Origin: Patescibacteria group bacterium
Lineage (GTDB): Bacteria > Patescibacteriota > UBA1384 > XYA2-FULL-43-10
Assembly (NCBI GenBank): GCA_041674405.1
Contig: JBAYVT010000003.1
Span: 74,074 to 138,073, forward strand
Reading direction: 5' to 3'
DNA length: 64,000 bases
Below are positions 1 through 9,584 of this stretch, one piece after another. Under the pieces are notes generated by a model. The model was not told the DNA's origin. It ran no database searches and was given only the letters and a program-made list of their open reading frames with translations. Both the position numbers and the translations under genes were made by a program. Position 1 is the first letter of the stretch, and each line of letters begins with the position of its first letter.

Positions 1-712
1 ACTCCATACTTACTACCGCATCCTCCGGCCCGAGCAGCCGGTACCCCCTCTCCTCGTGCACCAAGCCGAGCTTCTCGGTCACTACTACCGCTTCCTCGCC
101 ACAAGGCACGTGAACCGAGTAGAACATGAGAATGTCGGAGACCAGACTCACCTCGTCCACCCACAATCTCGCCATCTCTTCGGCGATTAGCGGCCCGCAA
201 CGATCCCACCAGTACACATCAGACGACATAGCCGCTAGGTCCACTTCCTGGAGGAACGACCATGTCATGCCGTGACAGGTATAATCCTCCAGATCTCCTT
301 CCGGGTCGAATGGCCGTCTCCAGAGAAGAAGCTTGGCCAGAGCTGTTGCCGTTCCCCGACCCTTGAGCAACTGCTCCAGCTTGTTGAGCAGATCCGCAGG
401 ATGTTCCCCATAACCAGCGAGAACGCGGATCGCCACCTCAGGATCTATCCCTTCGGGAAGGCGCGAGCCAGATGGAAACAGGTGTCCGAGCATACCCTCA
501 ATTGAGGGATCCATCCCCTCGGACCAGCCGCAGTTGGGACATTGCGGCTTCCAAATCGTGTCGTTCGGAACGCTGGAATGCGCTCGCTCAATCGGGTAGT
601 GGTGGCAGCGTTTGCAGGTCAGTCCGTTTCGCCGCCTAGACCTTAGGTAGATGATGGAAACCAGCAGTGCTGCAATCAGCAAAGCCAGTCCGTGCGGAAT
701 ATAGTTGGTCAT
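1..712 (-). CDS. hypothetical protein with N-terminal TM helix and CxxC...CxxC zinc-ribbon-like motifs; 3'-truncated at window edge
   Basis: Open minus-strand frame from ATG at 710-712 (GGAGG SD 8 nt upstream) to window start, not in ORF track because no stop in window. Translation MTNYIPHGLALLIAALLVSIIYLRSRRR...CKRCHH...CPNCGW. About 58% GC versus AT-rich flanks. Confidence 0.45.
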   Translation of the reverse strand, partial: MTNYIPHGLALLIAALLVSIIYLRSRRRNGLTCKRCHHYPIERAHSSVPNDTIWKPQCPNCGWSEGMDPSIEGMLGHLFPSGSRLPEGIDPEVAIRVLAGYGEHPADLLNKLEQLLKGRGTATALAKLLLWRRPFDPEGDLEDYTCHGMTWSFLQEVDLAAMSSDVYWWDRCGPLIAEEMARLWVDEVSLVSDILMFYSVHVPCGEEAVVVTEKLGLVHEERGYRLLGPEDAVVSME

Positions 713-816
713 TACGCAACCTCCAAGAAGAGTGTTCCGGCTTTACTCGTTCCTGTTATAACAAAAAACGAAACTGAAGTCACGCAGTTTAATGCAGAAT
801 TTAATAATAATAAATA

Positions 817-2838
817 TTAGATCGTTTCCGGCGCCGTGAATTGGCTATTGTATAGAGAAGCGTAAAAGCCGTTTTTCTTAAGAAGTTCAGGGTGTGTTCC
901 CTGCTCGACAATATTGCCGTCGCGCATCACTAAAATTAAATCGGCTTCGCGAATTGTTGAGAGACGATGAGCGATAACAAAGCTGGTTTTATCCTTCATC
1001 AAATTTTCCATCGCTTTCTGGATCAAAATTTCTGTTCGAGTATCGACTGAGCTTGTCGCTTCATCGAGGATTAGCATTGGAGTCTTGGCGAGCATCGCCC
1101 GGGCGATAGTTAAGAGCTGTTTTTCACCCTGGGAAATATTGTCGGCCTCTTCGTTAATCTCCGCCTTGTATCCTTCGGGAAGAGCGTGAATGAAGTGATC
1201 AGCATGCGCCGCCTTGGCTGCCTCAATGATATCTTCTTCCCTCGCATTAAGTTTACCATAGGCAATGTTATCACGGATCGAGCCATTGAAAAGCCAGGTG
1301 TCCTGTAAAACCATGCCAAAAGTTTTTCGGACATCGGCGCGTTTCATTTCGCGAATATCAATGCCATCAATTTTGATCGCGCCCTTATTTACATCGTAAA
1401 AGCGCATAAGAAGATTGACCATCGTCGTTTTACCGGCACCGGTCGGGCCGACGATAGCAACTTTCTGGCCGGGTTTAATATTGGCATTGAAGCCCTTGAT
1501 GATTACTTTGTCCGGGTTATAGCCAAAAACAACATTATTAAACTCCACGCCACCTTTCACCTTATCAATAACAACAGGGTTAGCTGCTTCGGGAACTTCC
1601 TCAGTTTCATCTAAGAATTCAAAAACGCGTTCAGCCGCAGCAGCCGTTGACTGCATCACATTGGCAATCGTCGCTGATTGTGCAATCGGCTGATTAAATT
1701 GATTCATGTATTGAATGAATGCTTGAATGTCTCCAATTTGTAACCTTCCCTTAAAAGCAAGCCAGCCACCCAAAACGGAAATGCCGACAAATCCAAGATT
1801 ACCGATAAAATTCATAATCGGGAACAAAAGACCAGATAAAAACTGTGACTTCCAGGCGCTATCGAAGAGTTTATTGTTAATTTTCTTGAATTTCTCAACT
1901 GAACGTTTCTCGCCGTTAAAAACTCTCACTACATTATGGCCGGCATACATTTCTTCAACATGGCCATTCAAATGCCCGAGTTGATCTTGTTGTTCTTTAA
2001 AGAAATGTTGGGACTTTTTGACGATAGAAGCAATTAGCCCAAAGCTAATCGGCAAAATCACAAGCGCGACCAGAGTAAGCAACCATGAGATTGTAAACAT
2101 CATTATAATGATGCCGATGATCATCGTGACTGCAGTGACCGTCTGGGTCAAACCTTGGGTTAGAGTTTGACTTACTGTATCGACATCATTGGTAACGCGC
2201 GATAAAACCTCACCATAGGTGCGCGAATCGAAATACTTGAGCGGCATTCGGTTAATTTTTTCCGAAATATCACGCCGGAATTGATACGTGATTTTCTGCG
2301 AAACTCCGGTCATAATCCACCCTTGAATATAGGTAAATATGGATGAAAGAAGAACCAGTATGAGAAGAATGATCGCGATATGCCTAACCTTGGAAAAATT
2401 AATACTCGGGCGATGCGTGAGATCTAGATTTGTGATGCGATCACGAATATTTGAAGGAATTTTGGAAACCATATCCTGTGGTAAATTCTTGATGAATTGG
2501 CCTCCGGTTGTTCCAGAAGGCACGGTCACGCCCTTTGGTAAAGAACCGATTATTGCGTCATAAGCCTTCATGTCAATGAAATCGGATACGACTTGGTTGG
2601 TCATATTGCCCAATATTTTCGGAGAAAGGATCGAAAATATTGTCGAAGCAATAGCAAAGATGAAAACGACGACGATTGTTACCAAAAATGGGCGCATGTA
2701 GGCGAGAAGTTTTTGCATCGTTTTCTTAAAATTCTTTGGTTTTTCCGCCATCATGCCCATGGCGTGCCCTGGCCCGCCCATTGGCCCGCCGCCACGCTTT
2801 TTTGGCGCTTCCGTTTTTGGAGTATCTTTGTCTGTCAT
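817..2838 (-). CDS. ABC transporter permease/ATP-binding protein (type I exporter, MsbA/multidrug-like), subunit 1
   Basis: Six-TM region followed by Walker A GPTGAGKTT, ABC signature ISQGEKQLL and Walker B ILDEATSSVD. Gly/Met-rich N-terminal extension. Confidence 0.9.
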   Translation of the reverse strand: MTDKDTPKTEAPKKRGGGPMGGPGHAMGMMAEKPKNFKKTMQKLLAYMRPFLVTIVVVFIFAIASTIFSILSPKILGNMTNQVVSDFIDMKAYDAIIGSLPKGVTVPSGTTGGQFIKNLPQDMVSKIPSNIRDRITNLDLTHRPSINFSKVRHIAIILLILVLLSSIFTYIQGWIMTGVSQKITYQFRRDISEKINRMPLKYFDSRTYGEVLSRVTNDVDTVSQTLTQGLTQTVTAVTMIIGIIIMMFTISWLLTLVALVILPISFGLIASIVKKSQHFFKEQQDQLGHLNGHVEEMYAGHNVVRVFNGEKRSVEKFKKINNKLFDSAWKSQFLSGLLFPIMNFIGNLGFVGISVLGGWLAFKGRLQIGDIQAFIQYMNQFNQPIAQSATIANVMQSTAAAAERVFEFLDETEEVPEAANPVVIDKVKGGVEFNNVVFGYNPDKVIIKGFNANIKPGQKVAIVGPTGAGKTTMVNLLMRFYDVNKGAIKIDGIDIREMKRADVRKTFGMVLQDTWLFNGSIRDNIAYGKLNAREEDIIEAAKAAHADHFIHALPEGYKAEINEEADNISQGEKQLLTIARAMLAKTPMLILDEATSSVDTRTEILIQKAMENLMKDKTSFVIAHRLSTIREADLILVMRDGNIVEQGTHPELLKKNGFYASLYNSQFTAPETI

Positions 2839-4616
2839 TTTGCTCCCTTCGCGGCTAATTTTTCACCATCTAGGCTGACCTGATAGGCTGAAAGTTCGCC
2901 GGGAGAGAGCTGTGATGATGCAATTTCCCGATAAATATCGCTGGTCTTCATCAGCTCCGAATGAGTCCCCTGCCCAACAATTTTGCCATCATCGAGTACC
3001 AAAATTTTATCAGCAGACAATATCGTTGAAATTCGTTGGGCAACGATCAAAATCGTTTTATTCTTGACCTCTTTTTTGAGTGCCTTTCGAAGCGCTGCAT
3101 CAGTTTTGAAATCAAGGGCAGAAAAACTGTCATCAAAAATATAAATTTCCGGTTTGTGGATTATTGCCCTCGCAATGGAAAGCCGTTGTTTTTGGCCGCC
3201 GGAAACATTGTGACCGCCCTGGGCAATATTAGATTTATATTTATCAGACAGATCTTTTATAAATTCCTTGGCTTGGGCAATTTCTGCCATTTTTCTCACT
3301 TCGGATTCCGATGCCTTTGGCGCACCGTATTTTATGTTGCTCTCGATTGTACCGGAGAAAAGAACGCCCTTTTGCGGCACATAACCGATTTTGGAATACA
3401 GATCTTCAAGTTTCATTTTGCGGACATTGATTCCATCAATCAAAATTTCGCCGGATGTAACATCATAAAATCTTGGGATCAGAGAAATCAAAGTGGTTTT
3501 TCCCGAACCGGTCGAGCCAATGATAGCGGTTGTTTCACCTGGATTAGCGACAAAAGAAATGTTGCAAAGCGCCGCCTCATCTGCGCTTTTGTATTTGAAA
3601 GTTACATCTTTAAATTCAACCAAACCCCTGCCTACTTTTGCAACTTTAACGGGCTTTTTTGGATCCGCAATCGTGGGCTTAGTTTCCAAAATCTCAGAGA
3701 TCCGGGCACCAGAAACCGAGGCACGTGGCACCATGATAAACATAAATGAAAGCAAAAGGAATGACATTATAACTTGCATCGCATATTGCATGAAGGCGAG
3801 CATGTTCCCTACCTCTAAATTCCCGGAACCGATTAGGTGGGCACCAAACCAGATAATGGCAATTGCAGTCAAATTGAAAATAAGCATCATTGCCGGTTGC
3901 ATTATAACCATTACCTGGTTTACAAATAGATTGGTATTGGTAAGGTCAACATTGGCTTTCTCAAATTTATTTTCTTCAATATGTTCATTATTGAAAGCAC
4001 GAATAACGCGTAACCCTGTAAGATTCTGGCGCGTGACCATGTTGAGTTTATCAACAAGCTTCTGCAAAAGCTGAAATTTCGGTAGAGCAATAGTAAAAAG
4101 CACAATAATCACACCAATTAAAATGCATACAGCAAGCGCAATAATCCAGCTCATTGACGGAGCCAGATCATAGGCCTTTATGATTGCGCCAACGCCCATA
4201 ATCGGTGCCTGCAAAACCATGCGTAGCAATAACACTAAAACCATTTGAATCTGCTGAATATCGTTGGTCGATCGTGTAATTAATGAAGCAGTGGAAAATT
4301 TATTAAATTCAGAGAGCGAAAAACTTTCGACTTGAGAGAAAACCTTGTTTCTAATATCCATTGAGTAACCGGTGGCAACTCGAGCAGCAAAATAGCCAAC
4401 ACCGATTGTGGCCACACCTCCCAAAAGTGAATATAGGAGCATGGTCAATCCGGTAGAGAGAATAACATTATTGTTATTTAAAACAATACCTTCGTTTATG
4501 ATCTTTGCCATGTAATCCGGAAGAAGAAGAGTGGTATAAACAGAGACTGACACCAAAATAAACAGAGCAACAATCTGCCAAATATATGGCTTCAAATATT
4601 TAAGAATTTTCAACAT
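2835..4616 (-). CDS. ABC transporter permease/ATP-binding protein, subunit 2 of heterodimeric exporter
   Basis: TM domain plus Walker A GSTGSGKTT, signature VSGGQKQRLSIARA and Walker B IFDDSFSALD. The 4-bp overlap with the downstream partner suggests translational coupling. Confidence 0.9.
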   Translation of the reverse strand: MLKILKYLKPYIWQIVALFILVSVSVYTTLLLPDYMAKIINEGIVLNNNNVILSTGLTMLLYSLLGGVATIGVGYFAARVATGYSMDIRNKVFSQVESFSLSEFNKFSTASLITRSTNDIQQIQMVLVLLLRMVLQAPIMGVGAIIKAYDLAPSMSWIIALAVCILIGVIIVLFTIALPKFQLLQKLVDKLNMVTRQNLTGLRVIRAFNNEHIEENKFEKANVDLTNTNLFVNQVMVIMQPAMMLIFNLTAIAIIWFGAHLIGSGNLEVGNMLAFMQYAMQVIMSFLLLSFMFIMVPRASVSGARISEILETKPTIADPKKPVKVAKVGRGLVEFKDVTFKYKSADEAALCNISFVANPGETTAIIGSTGSGKTTLISLIPRFYDVTSGEILIDGINVRKMKLEDLYSKIGYVPQKGVLFSGTIESNIKYGAPKASESEVRKMAEIAQAKEFIKDLSDKYKSNIAQGGHNVSGGQKQRLSIARAIIHKPEIYIFDDSFSALDFKTDAALRKALKKEVKNKTILIVAQRISTILSADKILVLDDGKIVGQGTHSELMKTSDIYREIASSQLSPGELSAYQVSLDGEKLAAKGAK

Positions 4617-4709
4617 AGATCATTATTTTACTACTCTTGGCAGCCAAGGTCAAGAGAGGCTAAAGCTTAAGATCACTAGCTAATTTTCATCCAAGCCGGA
4701 AATCTTTTG

Positions 4710-5597
4710 TTAGAAATGGAGAGTCTCAATGGAAGTATCAATCTCGTCCATGTATTTTGCAAAACTTAGTGACTCTCGAGGAGTTGTTGTCATAAGGCTA
4801 ACAAAATCTGCATGAACTTTTTTGTCTTGCGCATCAGTTGGGCTCGTTCCATATTGCTTGGAAAGAGTGGCCACTTCGGTAGAGAACGATGTTAATTGCC
4901 GGTTTATCTCAATAATCGCATCGTGATCGGGATTATAAACAAATGCATGATATTCAATCGGTATACCGTAATCCTGGCTATGCGTACCGATCATTGCAAC
5001 ACCTTTGGATTTTCCATCCGTGCTTTTCAAATAATCCATATAAACCCTATCAGCCTTGGCATAGGTCAAAAATTCAACGCTGTATTTATTTAGATCATTC
5101 TTGATATTATCGGTCAATTTACCGGCATTATACAAGTCCTTTACCGCCGCAAGGAGGGATACCCTATCGGAAGCAGACAACTGATACGGCTCGTCACTTC
5201 CTGCGCCTTTTACCCATTCGGAAATTTTATATTCATTTATTACCCCATATACTTCCCCGCCTTTGTTTATAGCATATGTCGTAATTTGAGTCGAAACTCC
5301 TGAAGTATCAGCCTCTTTGGTCAGGGTCCAAGAATCCGGATATTTAAGAGTACCATTTGTGAGCGGAAGAGTTAGTGTTTTCCAGTTTGAAGTGTCGACA
5401 ACAGCTTGAGAGGATAAAGAATTTTCGGATGACGAAGAGTTTGAACTTTTTGCATTAATTTTTGCATTTAAATCATCAACCTGTGACTGCAAATCGTTCT
5501 TTTCCTTCACATACTGGCTATTTAAATAATAGTAGCCGCCGGCCCCGAGAGCTGCCATTACAACTACTGTGATAATCACGATCCAAATTGGTTTCAT
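4710..5597 (-). CDS. hypothetical membrane-anchored protein (N-terminal TM, coiled coil, Ser-rich linker)
   Basis: MKPIWIVIITVVVMAALGAGGYYYL TM anchor. No recognisable catalytic motif. Confidence 0.5.
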   Translation of the reverse strand: MKPIWIVIITVVVMAALGAGGYYYLNSQYVKEKNDLQSQVDDLNAKINAKSSNSSSSENSLSSQAVVDTSNWKTLTLPLTNGTLKYPDSWTLTKEADTSGVSTQITTYAINKGGEVYGVINEYKISEWVKGAGSDEPYQLSASDRVSLLAAVKDLYNAGKLTDNIKNDLNKYSVEFLTYAKADRVYMDYLKSTDGKSKGVAMIGTHSQDYGIPIEYHAFVYNPDHDAIIEINRQLTSFSTEVATLSKQYGTSPTDAQDKKVHADFVSLMTTTPRESLSFAKYMDEIDTSIETLHF

Positions 5598-5651
5598 ATC
5601 CCTCCTGTTTTATGTTCCTGCTACTATTATAGTTTTTTTGCAAGCAATATC

Positions 5652-5676
5652 AAAACGGCTCACCGTGAGCCGTTTT
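5652..5676. terminator. rho-independent terminator-like hairpin (aaaacggctcac/gtgagccgtttt) followed by T-rich tract
   Basis: Perfect 10-12 bp inverted repeat read in sequence, between the two minus-strand genes. Confidence 0.4.
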
Positions 5677-5851
5677 GATCATTTATTTTTAAAAAATTTA
5701 GAATCCGTATGTACTTAAATTTTACATTTAGGCCAATTTTGCAAAAAATAGTATTGATTCAAAGCGGGATACTAAGCGCTGGAGGGGGTAGCGCTTAGTA
5801 TCCCGCTCCCCTTTGCTGCAAGCTAAAAGATATCACTTATCAGCTTGCGGC

Positions 5852-6400
5852 TTATTGCGTTACTTGAATCACGACCGCTTGAATAACTCCGTTCGAATTC
5901 GGCCGGCCACGAACGATTATTTGGTCATCAACCTTAAGATCGCCTTTGGAGATTATTTTCCCGTCTGCGTTATAAATAGAAGTTGAGTCAAGAATTGCGA
6001 CTGAAGTATCGGAACTGCCGTTAGTCATAGTCAAATTATCGCCATTTACAGCGGTAATTTTTCCTTCATGCCCGCCTCGTCGCATGCCGGATTCCCGCAT
6101 CCCGCCGTTGCGATATTCACCCATCATATTGTCACCAAATCCGCCCATCATGTCCGGCCCTGTTCGTTCAACCGACACTCTTTCAAATTTTCGCTCACTG
6201 TGGCCATGAAAAAAGGCATGTCCTACAGCCGCCATTCCACCAACCAAAATTACAACCGCGATTATTGCCAAAGTGATAATTGCCGCTTTGTTGTGGTGGC
6301 GGTATTTATCCTCGAATTTCGGGGAAATTTTTTCTTCTTTCGGGCCTGGTTTTTCCTCAATTTTATCTTCTTGCATTTGCTCCTTTCCGGTGCCCAGCAC
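5852..6400 (-). CDS. hypothetical membrane protein with Gly/Met-rich low-complexity segment
   Basis: Single TM helix (AIITLAIIAVVILVGGMAAV) and a G/M-rich region (GGFGDNMMGEYRNGGMRESGMRRGGHEG). Confidence 0.45.
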   Translation of the reverse strand: MLGTGKEQMQEDKIEEKPGPKEEKISPKFEDKYRHHNKAAIITLAIIAVVILVGGMAAVGHAFFHGHSERKFERVSVERTGPDMMGGFGDNMMGEYRNGGMRESGMRRGGHEGKITAVNGDNLTMTNGSSDTSVAILDSTSIYNADGKIISKGDLKVDDQIIVRGRPNSNGVIQAVVIQVTQ

Positions 6401-6525
6401 CAGATCAGCTGATGCTGGGACCTGTTCTAATGAAGTATGAATATATAGTATAAAAAGAGTCTGAGAAATGGCTTAGTATGTTTGTCAAATTTTGGCTAAT
6501 CATATTCATTCATATCTGTCACCCC

Positions 6526-6550
6526 AAAAACCACACAAGTGTGGTTTTTT
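6526..6550. terminator. bidirectional rho-independent terminator (aaaaaccacac aa gtgtggttttt)
   Basis: Perfect 11-bp stem with A-run upstream and T-run downstream, immediately after the 3' end of the histidine kinase gene. Confidence 0.55.
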
Positions 6551-6575
6551 AAGTATTAACGGACATTTCTCTGGA

Positions 6576-7628
6576 TTAATAAAGAGGCAGATTGACTGTG
6601 AAGGTGCTGCCCTCATTGGGTTTTGAGTCGGCAGAAATAGCTCCACCATGTAGTTCTACTATGCGTTTGGCAATTGAGAGCCCAAGGCCATAACTTTTTG
6701 TTTTGTCTTTTGATCTAGAAGAATCGGCCCGGTAGAAACGACCAAAAATATGCGGCAGATCAGAAGGCTCGATACCAACACCCTGATCCTTGATTTTAAT
6801 TTCGGCATGCTGGTGTTCCTTTTTTATCATGATAGATATTTTTGACTCCTCTGGGCTGTATTTGATCGCGTTATCAAGAAGTATGACAAACAATTCAATC
6901 AAGCTCGGCCTATCACCCTTAACTTTGGCTTCGGCAAAATCATTTTCAAAACTTATTTTTTTGCTTTTGGCAATTTTTTCAATTTTTTCATAGGCCTCAA
7001 CAGCAACTTCTGACAAAGAAATTTCTTTGAATTCTTTGTGCGAGTTATCTTCATATTTTGCCAGTTTCAAAAGGGCGTTAGATAGCGTTTCCAATTTTCC
7101 AATTTCTTCCAAGTTGCTATTTAGTAGTTTTTTCGCTTCGCTCAAACTGATTTTTTGGTCGCGCAGGTTCACCTCAATTTCTGATCTCATGGCCGTAAGC
7201 GGGGTTTTTAGTTCATGAGAAGCGTCGGCAGCAAAACGGCTTTGTGCCAACATCATATCTTCGATCGGCTTTAGAGCCCTTTGCGCAAAATAGTACGATA
7301 AGAGTGACGACAAAACCAAAATTAACAGATTGAAGTAGATTAGATTCAATTGCAGGCGACCATTGGTTTCATCGATCTGTTCGTCGCGAATTTTTTCAAG
7401 TTCAGAGATGATCGGATTGCAGTTAACTTCTTCGCAAACGTTTTGCGAAGGTTGAATATTTTTTAAAATTCCGGTTTGGCGCCTTAAGCCCTGTCCGACC
7501 TCTCTGGCAGAAATTTGATAAATGGCCGCAGAAAAAGACACGCTAATGATCATAATGATCAAAACATAGAACAACGTAAGTTTAAGATAAGCGATTTTAA
7601 AATGCATAATAGATATCTCAAATTTCAA
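6576..7628 (-). CDS. sensor histidine kinase (two TM helices, HisKA + HATPase_c)
   Basis: H-box ADASHELKTPLTAMRSE. N, G1 and G2 boxes DQGVGIEPSDLPHIFGRFYRAD...GLGLSIAKRIVELHGG. Confidence 0.85.
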   Translation of the reverse strand: MKFEISIMHFKIAYLKLTLFYVLIIMIISVSFSAAIYQISAREVGQGLRRQTGILKNIQPSQNVCEEVNCNPIISELEKIRDEQIDETNGRLQLNLIYFNLLILVLSSLLSYYFAQRALKPIEDMMLAQSRFAADASHELKTPLTAMRSEIEVNLRDQKISLSEAKKLLNSNLEEIGKLETLSNALLKLAKYEDNSHKEFKEISLSEVAVEAYEKIEKIAKSKKISFENDFAEAKVKGDRPSLIELFVILLDNAIKYSPEESKISIMIKKEHQHAEIKIKDQGVGIEPSDLPHIFGRFYRADSSRSKDKTKSYGLGLSIAKRIVELHGGAISADSKPNEGSTFTVNLPLY

Positions 7629-7719
7629 ATATCAAAAGTCAAAGCTAATGTATTGTACTATATTATTTTTCGGATTTTAAGATGCAAATTTGAGATTTAA
7701 GGTTTGGGTTTTGAGCTAA

Positions 7720-8391
7720 TCAGCCTATTTTGTATCCGAATCCTCTTACCGTCTGAATCAATTCCGGTTTTTTGGGGAATGGCTTATCGATTTTGTTTCG
7801 CAGGTAACCGATGTAAACCTCAACGGTATTGGGCAAAATATCAGCATCGTAGTCCCAAACATGGGCGATAATGCTGTCTTTGGTCAAAATCCTTTTTGGA
7901 TTTCTCATCATGTATTCCAATAGTGCAAATTCCTTGTTTGAAAGCAGAATTTTCTTCTCGCCACGCAATACATCGAATGTCGAAGTATTCAGGGTTAAGT
8001 CTTCGATTTTGAGGGTATCGGGGGTTATTTCCTGTGGACGGCGCATCAGCGCGCGAACCCGAGCCAAAAGTTCTTCAAAGGCAAAAGGCTTGGTAAGATA
8101 GTCGTCCGCTCCTGCATTCAAACCCTCTACCCTGTCTTCAATCTTATCTTTGGCCGTGAGAATCAAAATAGGCGTATTATTTTTCTTGTCGCGTAAAGCT
8201 CGGCAGATATTTATTCCATCAACCCCGGGTAACATTCTGTCCAAGATTATCAGATCGTACTCAATCGTTGCGGCCTGGCCAAGCCCATCTTCCCCATCAT
8301 AGGAAACATCAACAGCAAAAGATTCCTGGGAAAGCCCTTTTTTGATCGCATTTGCTATCTTATGATCGTCTTCGATTACTAATATCCGCAT
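7720..8391 (-). CDS. response regulator, OmpR/PhoB family (receiver + winged-helix)
   Basis: MRILVIEDD...DLIILDRMLPGVDG receiver domain. C-terminal VRGFGYKIG winged-helix signature. Confidence 0.9.
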   Translation of the reverse strand: MRILVIEDDHKIANAIKKGLSQESFAVDVSYDGEDGLGQAATIEYDLIILDRMLPGVDGINICRALRDKKNNTPILILTAKDKIEDRVEGLNAGADDYLTKPFAFEELLARVRALMRRPQEITPDTLKIEDLTLNTSTFDVLRGEKKILLSNKEFALLEYMMRNPKRILTKDSIIAHVWDYDADILPNTVEVYIGYLRNKIDKPFPKKPELIQTVRGFGYKIG

Positions 8392-8399
8392 GTTTTTAT

Positions 8400-8752
8400 C
8401 TTATAACTAATATGTAACAACTAATAATCTGTTGAATAATTTCCCTCAGTTTTTCGTTTAAAGCCCCGAAGAGACCATTGGGGTTATTAGTTCTAAGTTG
8501 ATAATATACTATATTATCTGAGAAATTGCTGTGATTTTTAACTAAAAAGTTAAATCTAATAACTAATATCCAAATGAATAATCTTCTTTGGTTTTTCGTT
8601 TTTCGCCCTGAAGGGGCCCCTTTGGGGTTATTAGTTTTAGGGTTAATATCTGTGCTAGAATAAGTTGTCTATAATTTTTGAAAGGTTCCTTTGGTTATTA
8701 GTTTTTTCGCCCCGACGGGGCCCCATTGGGGTTATTAGCTGTTAGATAATTT
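8400..8752. promoter_or_regulatory. divergent promoter region containing three copies of a ~45-bp repeat unit (TTTTCGTTT...GCCCCGA(A/C)GGGGC...TTGGGGTTATTAGTT) plus AACTAATAA/TTATTAGTT inverted half-sites
   Basis: Copies at ~8450-8492, 8592-8636 and 8691-8740. Each carries a GC palindrome and the TTGGGGTTATTAG(T/C)T motif, and lies between the divergent RR and PHP genes. Confidence 0.4.
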
Positions 8753-9520
8753 ATGGAATATATTGAAAAATTTGGAAAAGCTGACCTTCATATTCATAGT
8801 ACTTTTTCTGATGGCAGCAATTCAATCGAGGAAATTCTTGATTATACGGAAACAAAAACCGACCTCAATATCATAGCCATTTGCGATCATGATACGGTCG
8901 AAGGTGCATATTTGGCAAAAAAGATTGCTCATGAAAAAAATCTTAGAATAAAGGTTGTTATTGGCGAAGAAATCTCAACAAAGGAAGGACATGTGGTTGC
9001 TCTTTTTATCGAGAAAGCCATCCCCCCAGGTTTATCGCTGCCCGAAACATTAGATCAGATCGAATATCAAGGTGGTTTGGCAATCGCTCCTCATCCCATG
9101 TTTCACACTAGAGTTCGTGGTAAAGATGAGGCGGTAATGGATGGAATCGGTTTTGTGAATTTGATCAAATACAAGGAGAAGTTCACCGGTGTTGAGATTG
9201 TGAATGCCACCCCTTGGATGGGACGCAAGAATTTAAATGCCCATTTTATAAATAGCTCTCTTGTGTTCAAATCGGAAACCGGCGGATCGGATGCCCATAT
9301 TCTTGATGCGATCGGAAAGGGCTACACGGCATTCGAGGGCAAAGATATTAAGAGCTTGAAATATGCACTTGAAGTCGGGCAGACGATTGCCATAGGTGTC
9401 CGCTGGAAAACATTGTCGCTTCTAAAATATGCTTTCTTTTTTATCCCGAAAGGAATTCGTATTTTTTTCTTCACTCTGCTGCATGGTTTCACCAAAAAAC
9501 GGCCACAAATCGATCTTTAA
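8753..9520 (+). CDS. PHP-domain metal-dependent phosphoesterase
   Basis: N-terminal DLHIHSTFSDGS PHP motif with additional His/Asp-rich motifs. C-terminal hydrophobic tail. Confidence 0.7.
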   Translation: MEYIEKFGKADLHIHSTFSDGSNSIEEILDYTETKTDLNIIAICDHDTVEGAYLAKKIAHEKNLRIKVVIGEEISTKEGHVVALFIEKAIPPGLSLPETLDQIEYQGGLAIAPHPMFHTRVRGKDEAVMDGIGFVNLIKYKEKFTGVEIVNATPWMGRKNLNAHFINSSLVFKSETGGSDAHILDAIGKGYTAFEGKDIKSLKYALEVGQTIAIGVRWKTLSLLKYAFFFIPKGIRIFFFTLLHGFTKKRPQIDL

Positions 9521-9584
9521 GCATTATCTCAATAAAGTTTTATATGATAATTTGTAAAGAATGCCTACTCCCTTGGGCATTCTT

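Noticed and set aside
3036-4074. Plus-strand ORFs 3036..3749 and 3493..4074
   Set aside because: They are antisense to the ABC transporter gene, which has unambiguous Walker and signature motifs.
8400-8752. Possible CRISPR array (repeated ~45-bp units)
   Set aside because: There are only three copies with irregular spacing (142 and 102 bp), the units are not identical, there are no spacer-like unique segments of uniform length, and no cas genes are nearby. The feature is interpreted as operator or miniature repeats instead.
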